A stretch of DNA of 64,000 bases from NCBI GenBank assembly GCA_964016885.1, contig OZ024740.1, forward strand, positions 431,892,001 through 431,956,000, given 5' to 3'. The notes beneath the pieces are model-generated. The model was given only the letters and a program-made list of their open reading frames with translations. It was not told where the DNA came from and searched no databases. Of the stretch, positions 14,640 to 29,589 are shown piece after piece. The stretch is from Eledone cirrhosa (lineage: Eukaryota). The first letter of the stretch is position 1. Every line of letters begins with the position of its first letter. Position numbers and translations under genes: made by a program.

Positions 14640-17600
14640 TACTAGTTAAAGATGAATGCCTGATAGTACCACAGATATACTAGTTAAAGATGAACACCTC
14701 ATATCCTAGTTAAAGATGAACGCCTGATAGTACCACAGATATACTAGTTAAAGATGAACACCTGATAGTACCACAGATATACTAGTTAAAGATAAACACC
14801 TGATAATACCATAGATATACTAGTTAAAGATGAACACCTGATAGTACCACAGATATACTAGTTAAAGATAAACACGTGATAGTACCAGAGATATACTAGT
14901 TAAAGATAAACACCTCATATACTAGTTAAACATGAAAACCTGATAGTACCACAAATATACTAGTTAAAAATGAACACCGGATATTACCATAGATATACTG
15001 GTTAAAGATGTACCACAGATATACTAGTTAAAGATGAACACCTGACAGTACCACAGATATACTAGTTAAAGATGAACACCTGATATACTAGTTAAAGATG
15101 AACACCTGACAGTACCACAGATATACTGGTTAAAGATAAACACGTGATAGCACCAGAGATATACTAGTTAAAGATAAACACCTGATAGTAGCACAGATAT
15201 ACTAGTTAAAGATGAACACCTGATAGTACGACAGATATACTAGTTAAAGATGAACACCTGATAGTACGACAGATATACTAGTTAAAGATAAACACCTGAT
15301 AGTACGACAGATATACTAGTTAAAGATAAACACCTGATAGTACGACAGATATACTAGTTAAAGATAAACACCTGATAGTCCCACAGATATACTAGTTAGA
15401 GATGAAAACCTGATAGTAACACAGATATACTAGTTAAAGATAAACACCTGATAGTACCACAGATATACTAGTTAAAGATAAACACCTGATAGTATGACAT
15501 ATACTAGTTAAAGATAAACACCTGATAGTCCCACAGATATACTAGTTAAAGATGAACACCTCATATACTAGTTAAAGATAAACACCTGATAGTACCACAT
15601 ATACTAGTTAAAGATAAACACCTGATAGTACGACAGATATACTAGTTAAAGATAAACACCTGATAGTCCCACAGATATACTAGTTAAAGATAAACACGTG
15701 ATAGTACCAGAGATATACTGGTTAAAGATGAATGCCTGATAGTACCACAGATATACTAGTTAAAGATGAACACCTCATATCCTAGTTAAAGATGAACGCC
15801 TGATAGTACCACAGATATACTAGTTAAAGATGAACACCTGATAGTACCACAGATATACTAGTTAAAGATAAACACCTGATAATACCATAGATATACTAGT
15901 TAAAGATGAACACCTGATAGTACCACAGATATACTAGTTAAAGATAAACACGTGATAGTACCAGAGATATACTAGTTAAAGATGAACACCTCATATACTA
16001 GTTAAACATGAAAACCTGATAGTACCACAAATATACTAGTTAAAAATGAACACCGGATATTACCATAGATATACTGGTTAAAGATGTACCACAGATATAC
16101 TAGTTAAAGATGAACACCTGACAGTACCACAGATATACTAGTTAAAGATGAACACCTGATATACTAGTTAAAGATGAACACCTGACAGTACCACAGATAT
16201 ACTGGTTAAAGATAAACACGTGATAGCACCAGAGATATACTAGTTAAAGATAAACACCTGATAGTAGCACAGATATACTAGTTAAAGATGAACACCTGAT
16301 AGTACGACAGATATACTAGTTAAAGATGAACACCTGATAGTACGACAGATATACTAGTTAAAGATAAACACCTGATAGTACGACAGATATACTAGTTAAA
16401 GATAAACACCTGATAGTACGACAGATATACTAGTTAAAGATAAACACCTGATAGTACGACAGATATACTAGTTAAAGATAAACACCTGATAGTCCCACAG
16501 ATATACTAGTTAGAGATGAAAACCTGATAGTAACACAGATATACTAGTTAAAGATAAACACCTGATAGTACCACAGATATACTAGTTAAAGATAAACACC
16601 TGATAGTATGACATATACTAGTTAAAGATAAACACCTGATAGTCCCACAGATATACTAGTTAAAGATGAACACCTCATATACTAGTTAAAGATAAACACC
16701 TGATAGTACCACATATACTAGTTAAAGATAAACACCTGATAGTACGACAGATATACTAGTTAAAGATAAACACCTGATAGTCCCACAGATATACTAGTTA
16801 AAGATAAACACGTGATAGTACCAGAGATATACTAGTTAAAGATGGACACCTGATAGTAGCACATATATACTAGTTAAAGATGAACACCTCATATACTAGT
16901 TAAAGATAACCACCTGATAGTACCACAGATATACTAGTTAAAGATAAACACGTGATAGTACCAGAGATATACTAGTTAAAGATGGACACCTGATAGTAGC
17001 ACATATATACTAGTTAAAGATGAACACCTCATATACTAGTTAAATATGAAAACCTGATAGTACCACAAATATACTAGTTAAAGATGAACACCTGATAGTA
17101 CCACAGATATACTAGTTAAAGATAAACACGTGATAGTACCAGAGATATACTAGTTAAAGATAAACACCTCATATACTAGTTAAACATGAAAACCTGATAG
17201 TACCACAAATATACTAGTTAAAAATGAACACCGGATATTACCATAGATATACTGGTTAAAGATGTACCACAGATATACTAGTTAAAGATGAACACCTGAC
17301 AGTACCACAGATATACTAGTTAAAGATGAACACCTGATATACTAGTTAAAGATGAACACCTGACAGTACCACAGATATACTGGTTAAAGATAAACACGTG
17401 ATAGCACCAGAGATATACTAGTTAAAGATAAACACCTGATAGTAGCACAGATATACTAGTTAAAGATGAACACCTGATAGTACGACAGATATACTAGTTA
17501 AAGATGAACACCTGATAGTACGACAGATATACTAGTTAAAGATAAACACCTGATAGTACGACAGATATACTAGTTAAAGATAAACACCTGATAGTACGAC

Positions 17601-18540
17601 AGATATACTAGTTAAAGATAAACACCTGATAGTCCCACAGATATACTAGTTAGAGATGAAAACCTGATAGTAACACAGATATACTAGTTAAAGATAAACA
17701 CCTGATAGTACCACAGATATACTAGTTAAAGATAAACACCTGATAGTATGACATATACTAGTTAAAGATAAACACCTGATAGTCCCACAGATATACTAGT
17801 TAAAGATGAACACCTCATATACTAGTTAAAGATAAACACCTGATAGTACCACATATACTAGTTAAAGATAAACACCTGATAGTACGACAGATATACTAGT
17901 TAAAGATAAACACCTGATAGTCCCACAGATATACTAGTTAAAGATAAACACGTGATAGTACCAGAGATATACTAGTTAAAGATGAATGCCTGATAGTACC
18001 ACAGATATACTAGTTAAAGATGAACACCTCATATCCTAGTTAAAGATGAACGCCTGATAGTACCACAGATATACTAGTTAAAGATGAACACCTGATAGTA
18101 CCACAGATATACTAGTTAAAGATAAACACCTGATAATACCATAGATATACTAGTTAAAGATGAACACCTGATAGTACCACAGATATACTAGTTAAAGATA
18201 AACACGTGATAGTACCAGAGATATACTAGTTAAAGATGAACACCTCATATACTAGTTAAACATGAAAACCTGATAGTACCACAAATATACTAGTTAAAAA
18301 TGAACACCGGATATTACCATAGATATACTGGTTAAAGATGTACCACAGATATACTAGTTAAAGATGAACACCTGACAGTACCACAGATATACTAGTTAAA
18401 GATGAACACCTGATATACTAGTTAAAGATGAACACCTGACAGTACCACAGATATACTGGTTAAAGATAAACACGTGATAGCACCAGAGATATACTAGTTA
18501 AAGATAAACACCTGATAGTAGCACAGATATACTAGTTAAA
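14640..18540. repeat. Four copies of the ~1.08-kb block arranged as a duplicated pair (period 2,254 bp); last copy truncated
   Basis: The CATG of AAACATGAAAACC is at 14931, 16007, 17185 and 18261 (spacings 1076, 1178, 1076). Copies 1 and 3 share GATAAACACCTCATATAC upstream, while copies 2 and 4 have GATGAACACCTCATATAC. Confidence 0.87.
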
Positions 18541-21500
18541 GATAAACACCTGATAGTCCCACAGATATACTAGTTAAAGATAAACACGTGATAGTACCAG
18601 AGATATACTAGTTAAAGATGGACACCTGATAGTAGCACATATATACTAGTTAAAGATGAACACCTCATATACTAGTTAAAGATAACCACCTGATAGTACC
18701 ACAGATATACTAGTTAAAGATAAACACGTGATAGTACCAGAGATATACTAGTTAAAGATGGACACCTGATAGTAGCACATATATACTAGTTAAAGATGAA
18801 CACCTCATATACTAGTTAAATATGAAAACCTGATAGTACCACAAATATACTAGTTAAAAATGAACACCGGATATTACCACAGATATACTAGTTAAAGATG
18901 TACCACAGATATACTAGTTAAAGATGTACACCTGACAGTACCACAGATATACTAGTTAAAGATGAACACCTGATAGGACCACAGATATACTGGTTAAAGA
19001 TGAACACCTGATGGTACGACAGATATACTAGTTAAAGATAAAAACCTGATATACTAGTTAAAGATGAACACCTGATAGTACCACAGATATACTAGTTAAA
19101 GATGAACGCCTGATAGTATCACAGATATACTAGTTAAAGATGAGCACCTGATAGTACGAGAGATATACTAGTTAAAGATAAACACCTGATAGTCCCAGAT
19201 ATACTAGTTAAATATCAAAACCTGATAGTACCACAGATATACTAGTTAAAGATGAACACCTGATAGTACCACATATACTAGTTAAAGATAAACACCTGAT
19301 AGTACCACAGATATACTAGTTAAAGATGAACACCTCATATACTAGTTAAAGATAAACACCTGATAGTACCACAGATATACTAGTTAATGATGAACACCTG
19401 ATAGTACCACAGATATACTAGTTAAAGATAAACACCTCATATCCTAGTTAAAGATGAACGCCTGATAGTACCACAGATATACTAGTTAAAGATAAACACG
19501 TGATAGTACCACAGATATACTAGTTAAAGATGAATGCCTGATAGTACCACAGATATACTAGTTAAAGATGAACACCTCATATCCTAGTTAAAGATGAACG
19601 CCTGATAGTACCACAGATATACTAGTTAAAGATGAACACCTGATAGTACCACAGATATACTAGTTAAAGATAAACACCTGATAATACCATAGATATACTA
19701 GTTAAAGATGAACACCTGATAGTACCACAGATATACTAGTTAAAGATGAACACCTCATATACTAGTTAAACATGAAAACCTGATAGTACAACAAATATAC
19801 TAGTTAAAAATGAACACCGGATATTACCATAGATATACTGGTTAAAGATGTACCACAGATATACTAGTTAAAGATGAACACCTGACAGTACCACAGATAT
19901 ACTAGTTAAAGACGAACACCTGATATACTAGTTAAAGATGAACACCTGACAGTACCACAGATATACTGGTTAAAGATAAACACGTGATAGCACCAGAGAT
20001 ATACTAGTTAAAGATAAACACCTGATAGTAGCACTGATATACTAGTTAAAGATGAACACCTGATAGTACGACAGATATACTAGTTAAAGATGAACACCTG
20101 ATAGTACGACAGATATACTAGTTAAAGATAAACACCTGATAGTACGACAGATATACTAGTTAAAGATAAACACCTGATAGTACGACAGATATACTAGTTA
20201 AAGATAAACACCTGATAGTACGACAGATATACTAGTTAAAGATAAACACCTGATAGTCCCACAGATATACTAGTTAAAGATCAACACCTGATAGTACCAC
20301 ACATACTAGTTAAAGATGAACACCTGATAGTACCACAGATATACTAGTTAAAGATGAACACCAGATAAACTAGTTAAAGCTGAACACCTGATAATACCAC
20401 AGATATACTAGTTAAAGATGAACACCTGATAGTACCACAGATATACTAGTTAAAGATGAACGCCTGATAGTACCACAGATATACTAGTTAAAGATAAACA
20501 CCTGATAGTACCACAGATATACTAGTTAAAGATAAACACGTGATAGTACCAGAGATATACTAGTTAAAGATGGACACCTGATAGTAGCACATATATACTA
20601 GTTAAAGATGAACACCTCATATACTAGTTAAATATGAAAACCAGATAGTACCACAAATATACTAGTTAAAAATGAACACCGGATATTACCACAGATATAC
20701 TAGTTAAAGATGTACCACAGATATACTAGTTAAAGATGAACACCTGACAGTACCACAGATATACTAGTTAAAGATGAACACCTGATAGGACCAGAGATAT
20801 ACTGGTTAAAGATGAACACCTGATGGTACGACAGATATACTAGTTAAAGATGAACACCTGATAGTACCACAGATATACTAGTTAAAGATGAACACCTGAT
20901 AGTACCACAGATATACTAGTTAAAGATGAACGCCTGATAGTATCACAGATATACTAGTTAAAGATGAACACCTGATAGTACGACAGATATACTAGTTAAA
21001 GAAAAACACCTGATAGTACCACAGATATACTAGTTAAAGATGAACACCTCATATACTAGTTAAAGATAAACACCTGATAGTCCCAGATATACTAGTTAAA
21101 TATCAAAATCTGATAGTACCACAGATATACTAGTTAAAGATAAACACCTGATAGTACCACATATACTAGTTAAAGATAAACACCTGATAGTACCACAGAT
21201 ATACTAGTTAAAGATGAACACCTCATATACTAGTTAAAGATAAACACCTGATAGTACCACAGATATACTAGTTAATGATGAACACCTGATAGTACCACAG
21301 ATATACTAGTTAAAGATAAACACCTCATATCCTAGTTAAAGATGAACGCCTGATAGTACCACAGATATACTAGTTAAAGATAAACACGTGATAGTACCAC
21401 AGATATACTAGTTAAAGATGAATGCCTGATAGTACCACAGATATACTAGTTAAAGATAAACACCTGATAGTACGACATATACTAGTTAAAGATGAAAACC

Positions 21501-24500
21501 TGATAGTACGACAGATATACTAGTTAAAGATAAACACGTGATAGTACCACAGATATACTAGTTAGAGATGAAAACCTGATAGTACCACATATACTAGTTA
21601 AAGATGAACACCTCATATACTAGTTAAAGATGAACATCTGATAGTACCACAGATATACTAGTTAAAGATGAACACCTGATAGTAATCACAGATATACTAG
21701 TTAAAGATGAACACCTCATATACTAGTTAAAGATAAACACCTGATAGTCCCACAGATATACTAGTTAAAGATGAACACCTCATATACTAGTTAAAGATAA
21801 ACACCTGATAGTACCACAGATATACTAGTTAAAGATAAACACGTGATAGTACCACAGATATACTAGTTAGAGATGAAAACCTGATAGTACCACATATACT
21901 AGTTAAAGATAAACACCTGATAGTCCCACAGATATACTAGTTAAAGATGAACACCTCATATACTAGTTAAAGATGAACACCTGATAATACCACAGATATA
22001 CTAGTTAAAGATGAACACCTGATAGTACCACAGATATACTAGTTAAAGATGAACGCCTGATAGTACCACAGATATACTAGTTAAAGATGAACACCTGATA
22101 GTACCATAGATATACTAGTTAAAGATGAACACCTGATAGTACCACAGATATACTAGTTAAAGATAAACACCTGATAGTACCACAGATAAACTAGTTAAAG
22201 ATAAACACGTGATAGTACCAGAGATATACTAGTTAAAGATGGACACCTGATAGTAGCACATATATACTAGTTAAAGATGAACACCTCATATACTAGTTAA
22301 ATATGAAAACCTGATAGTACCACAAATATACTAGTTAAAAATGAACACCGGATATTACCACAGATATACTAGTTAAAGATGTACCACAGATATACTAGTT
22401 AAAGATGAACACCTGACAGTACCACAGATATACTAGTTAAAGATGAACACCTGATAGGACCACAGATATACTGGTTAAAGATGAACACCTGATGGTACCA
22501 CAGATATACTAGTTAAAGATGAACACCTGATAGTACCACAGATATACTAGTTAAAGATGAACGCCTGATAGTATCACAGATATACTAGTTAAAGATGAAC
22601 ACCTGATAGTACCACATATACTAGTTAAAGATAAACACCTGATAGTACCACAAATATACTAGTTAAAGATGAACACCTCATATACTAGTTAAAGATAAAC
22701 ACCTGATAGTACCACAGATATACTAGTTAAAGATAAACACCTCATATCCTAGTTAAAGATGAACGCCTGATAGTACCACAGATATACTAGTTAAAGATAA
22801 ACACGTGATAGTACCACAGATATACTAGTTAAAGATGAATGCCTGATAGTACCACAGATATACTAGTTAAAGATAAACACCTGATAGTACCACAGATATA
22901 CTAGTTAAAGATGAAAACCTGATAGTACGACATATATACTAGTTAAAGATAAACACGTGATAGTACCACAGATATACTAGTTAGAGATGAAAACCTGATA
23001 GTACCACATATACTAGTTAAAGATAAACACCTGATAGTCCCACAGATATACTAGTTAAAGATGAACACCTCATATACTAGTTAAAGATAAACACCTGATA
23101 GTACCACAGATATACTAGTTAAAGATGAACACCTCATATACTAGTTAAAGATAAACACCTGATAGTACCACAGATATACTAGTTAAAGATAAACACGTGA
23201 TAGTACCACAGATATACTAGTTAAAGATGAATGCCTGATAGTACCACAGATTTACTAGTTAAAGATGAACACCTCATATCCTAGTTAAAGATGAACATCT
23301 GATAGTACCACAGATATACTAGTTAAAGATGAACACCTGATAGTAATCACAGATATACTAGTTAAAGATGAACACCTCATATACTAGTTAAAGATAAACA
23401 CCTGATAGTCCCACAGATATACTAGTTAAAGATGAACACCTCATATACTAGTTAAAGATAAACACCTGATAGTACCACAGATATACTAGTTAAAGATAAA
23501 CACATGATAGTACCACAGATATACTAGTTAGAGATGAAAACCTGATAGTACCACATATACTAGTTAAAGATAAACACCTGATAGTCCCACAGATATACTA
23601 GTTAAAGATGAACACCTCATATACTAGTTAAAGATAAACACCTGATAGTACCAGATATACTAGTTAAAGATGAATGCCTGATAGTACCACAGATTTACTA
23701 GTTAAAGATGAACACCTCATATCCTAGTTAAAGATGAACATCTGATAGTACCACAGATATACTAGTTAAAGATGAACACCTGATAGTAATCTCAGATATA
23801 CTAGTTAAAGATGAACACCTGATAGTATCACAGATATACTAGTTAAAGATGAACACCTGATACTACCACAGAGATACTAGTTAAAGATGAACACCAGATA
23901 AACAAGTTAAAGATAAACGCCTGATAGTACCACAGATATACTAGTTAAAGATCAACACCTGATAGTACCACACATACTAGTTAAAGATGAACACCTGATA
24001 GTACCACAGATATACTAGTTAAAGATGAACACCAGATAAACTAGTTAAAGATGAACACCTGATAATACCACAGATATACTAGTTAAAGATGAACACCTGA
24101 TAGTACCACAGATATACTAGTTAAAGATGAACGCCTGATAGTACCACAGATATACTAGTTAAAGATGAACACCTGATAGTACCATAGATATACTAGGTAA
24201 AGATGAACACCTGATAGTACCACAGATATACTAGTTAAAGATAAACACCTGATAGTACCACAGATATACTAGTTAAAGATAAACACGTGATAGTACCAGA
24301 GATATACTAGTTAAAGATGGACACCTGATAGTAGCACATATATACTAGTTAAAGATGAACACCTCATATACTAGTTAAATATGAAAACCTGATAGTACCA
24401 CAAATATACTAGTTAAAAATGAACACCGGATATTACCACAGATATACTAGTTAAAGATGTACCACAGATATACTAGTTAAAGATGAACACCTGATAGGAC

Positions 24501-27500
24501 CACAGATATACTGGTTAAAGATGAACACCTGATGGTACGACAGATATACTAGTTAAAGATAAAAACCTGATATACTAGTTAAAGATGAACACCTGATAGT
24601 ACCACAGATATACTAGTTAAAGATGAACGCCTTATAGTATCACAGATATACTAGTTAAAGATGAACACCTGATAGTACGACAGATATACTAGTTAAAGAT
24701 AAACACCTGATAGTCCCAGATATACTAGTTAAATATCAAAACCTGATAGTACCACAGATATACTAGTTAAAGATGAACACCTGATAGTACCACATATACT
24801 AGTTAAAGATAAACACCTGATAGTACCACAGATATACTAGTTAAAGATGAACACCTCATATACTAGTTAAAGATAAACACCTGATAGTACCACAGATATA
24901 CTAGTTAATGATGAACACCTGATAGTACCACAGATATACTAGTTAAAGATAAACACCTCATATCCTAGTTAAAGATGAACGCCTGATAGTACCACAGATA
25001 TACTAGTTAAAGATAAACACGTGATAGTACCACAGATATACTAGTTAAAGATGAATGCCTGATAGTACCACAGATATACTAGTTAAAGATGAACACCTCA
25101 TATCCTAGTTAAAGATGAACGCCTGATAGTACCACAGATATACTAGTTAAAGATGAACACCTGATAGTACCACAGATATACTAGTTAAAGATAAACACCT
25201 GATAATACCATAGATATACTAGTTAAAGATGAACACCTGATAGTACCACAGATATACTAGTTAAAGATAAACACGTGATAGTACCAGAGATATACTAGTT
25301 AAAGATGAACACCTCATATACTAGTTAAACATGAAAACCTGATAGTACCACAAATATACTAGTTAAAAATGAACACCGGATATTACCATAGATATACTGG
25401 TTAAAGATGTACCACAGATATACTAGTTAAAGATGAACACCTGACAGTACCACAGATATACTAGTTAAAGATGAACACCTGATATACTAGTTAAAGATGA
25501 ACACCTGACAGTACCACAGATATACTGGTTAAAGATAAACACGTGATAGCACCAGAGATATACTAGTTAAAGATAAACACCTGATAGTAGCACAGATATA
25601 CTAGTTAAAGATGAACACCTGATAGTACGACAGATATACTAGTTAAAGATGAACACCTGATAGTACGACAGATATACTAGTTAAAGATAAACACCTGATA
25701 GTACGACAGATATACTAGTTAAAGATAAACACCTGATAGTACGACAGATATACTAGTTAAAGATAAACACCTGATAGTACGACAGATATACTAGTTAAAG
25801 ATAAACACCTGATAGTCCCACAGATATACTAGTTAGAGATGAAAACCTGATAGTACCACAGATATACTAGTTAAAGATAAACACCTGATAGTACCACAGA
25901 TATACTAGTTAAAGATAAACACCTGATAGTATGACATATACTAGTTAAAGATAAACACCTGATAGTCCCACAGATATACTAGTTAAAGATGAACACCTCA
26001 TATACTAGTTAAAGATAAACACCTGATAGTACCACATATACTAGTTAAAGATAAACACCTGATAGTACGACAGATATACTAGTTAAAGATAAACACCTGA
26101 TAGTCCCACAGATATACTAGTTAAAGATAAACACGTGATAGTACCAGAGATATACTAGTTAAAGATGGACACCTGATAGTAGCACATATATACTAGTTAA
26201 AGATGAACACCTCATATACTAGTTAAAGATAACCACCTGATAGTACCACAGATATACTAGTTAAAGATAAACACGTGATAGTACCAGAGATATACTAGTT
26301 AAAGATGGACACCTGATAGTAGCACATATATACTAGTTAAAGATGAACACCTCATATACTAGTTAAATATGAAAACCTGATAGTACCACAAATATACTAG
26401 TTAAAAATGAACACCGGATATTACCACAGATATACTAGTTAAAGATGTACCACAGATATACTAGTTAAAGATGTACACCTGACAGTACCACAGATATACT
26501 AGTTAAAGATGAACACCTGATAGGACCACAGATATACTGGTTAAAGATGAACACCTGATGGTACGACAGATATACTAGTTAAAGATAAAAACCTGATATA
26601 CTAGTTAAAGATGAACACCTGATAGTACCACAGATATACTAGTTAAAGATGAACACCTGATAGTACCACAGATATACTAGTTAAAGATGAACGCCTGATA
26701 GTATCACAGATATACTAGTTAAAGATGAACACTTGATAGTACGACAGATATACTAGTTAAAGATAAACACCTGATAGTCCCAGATATACTAGTTAAATAT
26801 CAAAACCTGATAGTACCACAGATATACTAGTTAAAGATGAACACCTGATAGTACCACATATACTAGTTAAAGATAAACACCTGATAGTACCACAGATATA
26901 CTAGTTAAAGATGAACACCTCATATACTAGTTAAAGATAAACACCTGATAGTACCACAGATATACTAGTTAATGATGAACACCTGATAGTACCACAGATA
27001 TACTAGTTAAAGATAAACACCTCATATCCTAGTTAAAGATGAACGCCTGATAGTACCACAGATATACTAGTTAAAGATGGACACCTGATAGTAGCACGTA
27101 TATACTAGTTAAAGATGAACACCTCATATACTAGTTAAACATGAAAACCTGATAGTACCACAAATATACTAGTTAAAAATGAACACCGGATATTACCATA
27201 GATATACTAGTTAAAGATGTACCACAGATATACTAGTTAAAGATGAACACCTGACAGTACCACAGATATACTACTTAAAGATGAACACCTGATATACTAG
27301 TTAAAGATGAACACCTGACAGTACCACAGATATACTGGTTAAAGATAAACACGTGATAGGACCAGAGATATACTAGTTAAAGATAAACACCTGATAGTAG
27401 CACAGATATACTAGTTAAAGATGAACACCTGATAGTACGACAGATATACTAGTTAAAGATGAACACCTGATAGTACGACAGATATACTAGTTAAAGATAA

Positions 27501-29589
27501 ACACCTGATAGTACGACAGATATACTAGTTAAAGATAAACACCTGATAGTACGACATATAATAGTTAAAGATAAACACCTGATAGTCCCACAGATATACT
27601 AGTTAAAGATGAACACCTCATATACTAGTTAAAGATAAACACCTGATAGTACCACATATACTAGTTAAAGATAAACACCTGATAGTACGACAGATATACT
27701 AGTTAAAGATAAACACCTGATAGTCCCACAGATATACTACTTAAAGATGAACACCTCATATACTAGTTAAAGATAAACACGTGATAGTACCACAGATATA
27801 CTAGTTAAAGATGAATGCCTGATAGTACCACAGATTTACTAGTTAAAGATGAACACCTCATATCCTAGTTAAAGATGAACATCTGATAGTACCACAGATA
27901 TACTAGTTAAAGATGAACACCTGATAGTAATCACAGATATACTAGTTAAAGATGAACACCTGATAGTATCACAGATATACTAGTTAAAGATGAACACCTG
28001 ATACTACCACAGATATACTAGTTAAAGATAAACACCTGATAGTACGACAGATATACTAGTTAAAGATAAACACCTGATAGTACGACAGATATACTAGTTA
28101 AAGATAAACACCTGATAGTCCCACAGATATACTAGTTAAATATGAAAACCTGATAGTACCACAGATATACTAGTTAAAGATGAACACCTGATACTACCAC
28201 AGAGATACTAGTTAAAGATAAACGCCTGATAGTACCACAGATATACTAGTTAAAGATGAACACCTGATAATACCACAGATATACTAGATAAAGATGAACG
28301 CCTGATAGTACCACAGATATACTAGTTAAAGATGAACGCCTGATAGTACCATAGATATACTAGTTAAAGATGAACACCTGATAGTACGATAGATATACTA
28401 GTTAAAGATAAACACCTGATAGTACCATAGATATACTAGTTAAAGATGAACACCTGATAGTACCACAGATATACTAGTTAAAGATAAACACCTGATAGTA
28501 CCACAGATATACTAGTTAAAGATAAACACGTGATAGTACCAGAGATATACTAGTAAAAGATGGACACCTGATAGTAGCACATATATACTAGTTAAAGATG
28601 AACACCTCATATACTAGTTAAATATGAAAACCTGATAGTACCACAAATATACTAGTTAAAAATGAACACCGGATATTACCACAGATATACTAGTTAAAGA
28701 TGTACCACAGATATACTAGTTAAAGATGTACCACAGATATACTAGTTAAAGATGAACACCTGACAGTACCACAGATATACTAGTTAAAGATGAACACCTG
28801 ATAGGACCACAGATATACTGGTTAAAGATGAACACCTGACAGTACCACAGATATACTAGTTAAAGATGAACACCTGATAGTACCACAGATATACTAGTTA
28901 AAGATAAACACCTGATAGTACCACAGATATACTAGTTAAAGATGAACGCCTGATAGTATCACAGATATACTAGTTAAAGATGAACACCTGATAGTACCAC
29001 AGATATACTAGTTAAAGATAAACACCAGATAGTACCACAGATATACTAGTTAAAGATGAACACCTGATAGTACCACAGATATACTAGTTAAAAATGAACA
29101 CCTGATATTACCACAGATATACTAGTTAAAGATGAACCCCATATATACTAGTTAAAGATGGACACCTGATAGTACCACAGATATACTAGTTAAAGATGAA
29201 CACCTGATAGTACCACATATATACTAGTTAAAGATAATCACCTGATAGTACCACATATATACTAGTTAAAGATAAACACCTGATAGTACCACAGATATAC
29301 TAGTTAAAGATGAACACCTGATAGTACCACATATATACTAGTTAAAGATAAACACCTGATAGTACCACATATACTAGTTAAAAATGAACACCTGATATTA
29401 CCACAGATATACTAGTTAAAGATGAACCCCAGATATACTAGTTAAAGATGGACACCTGATAGTACCACAGATATACTAGTTAAAGATGAACACCTGATGG
29501 TACGACAGATATACTAGTTAAAGATAAACACCTGATAGTACCACAGATATACTAGTTAAAGATGAACATCTGATATACTAGTTAAAGAT

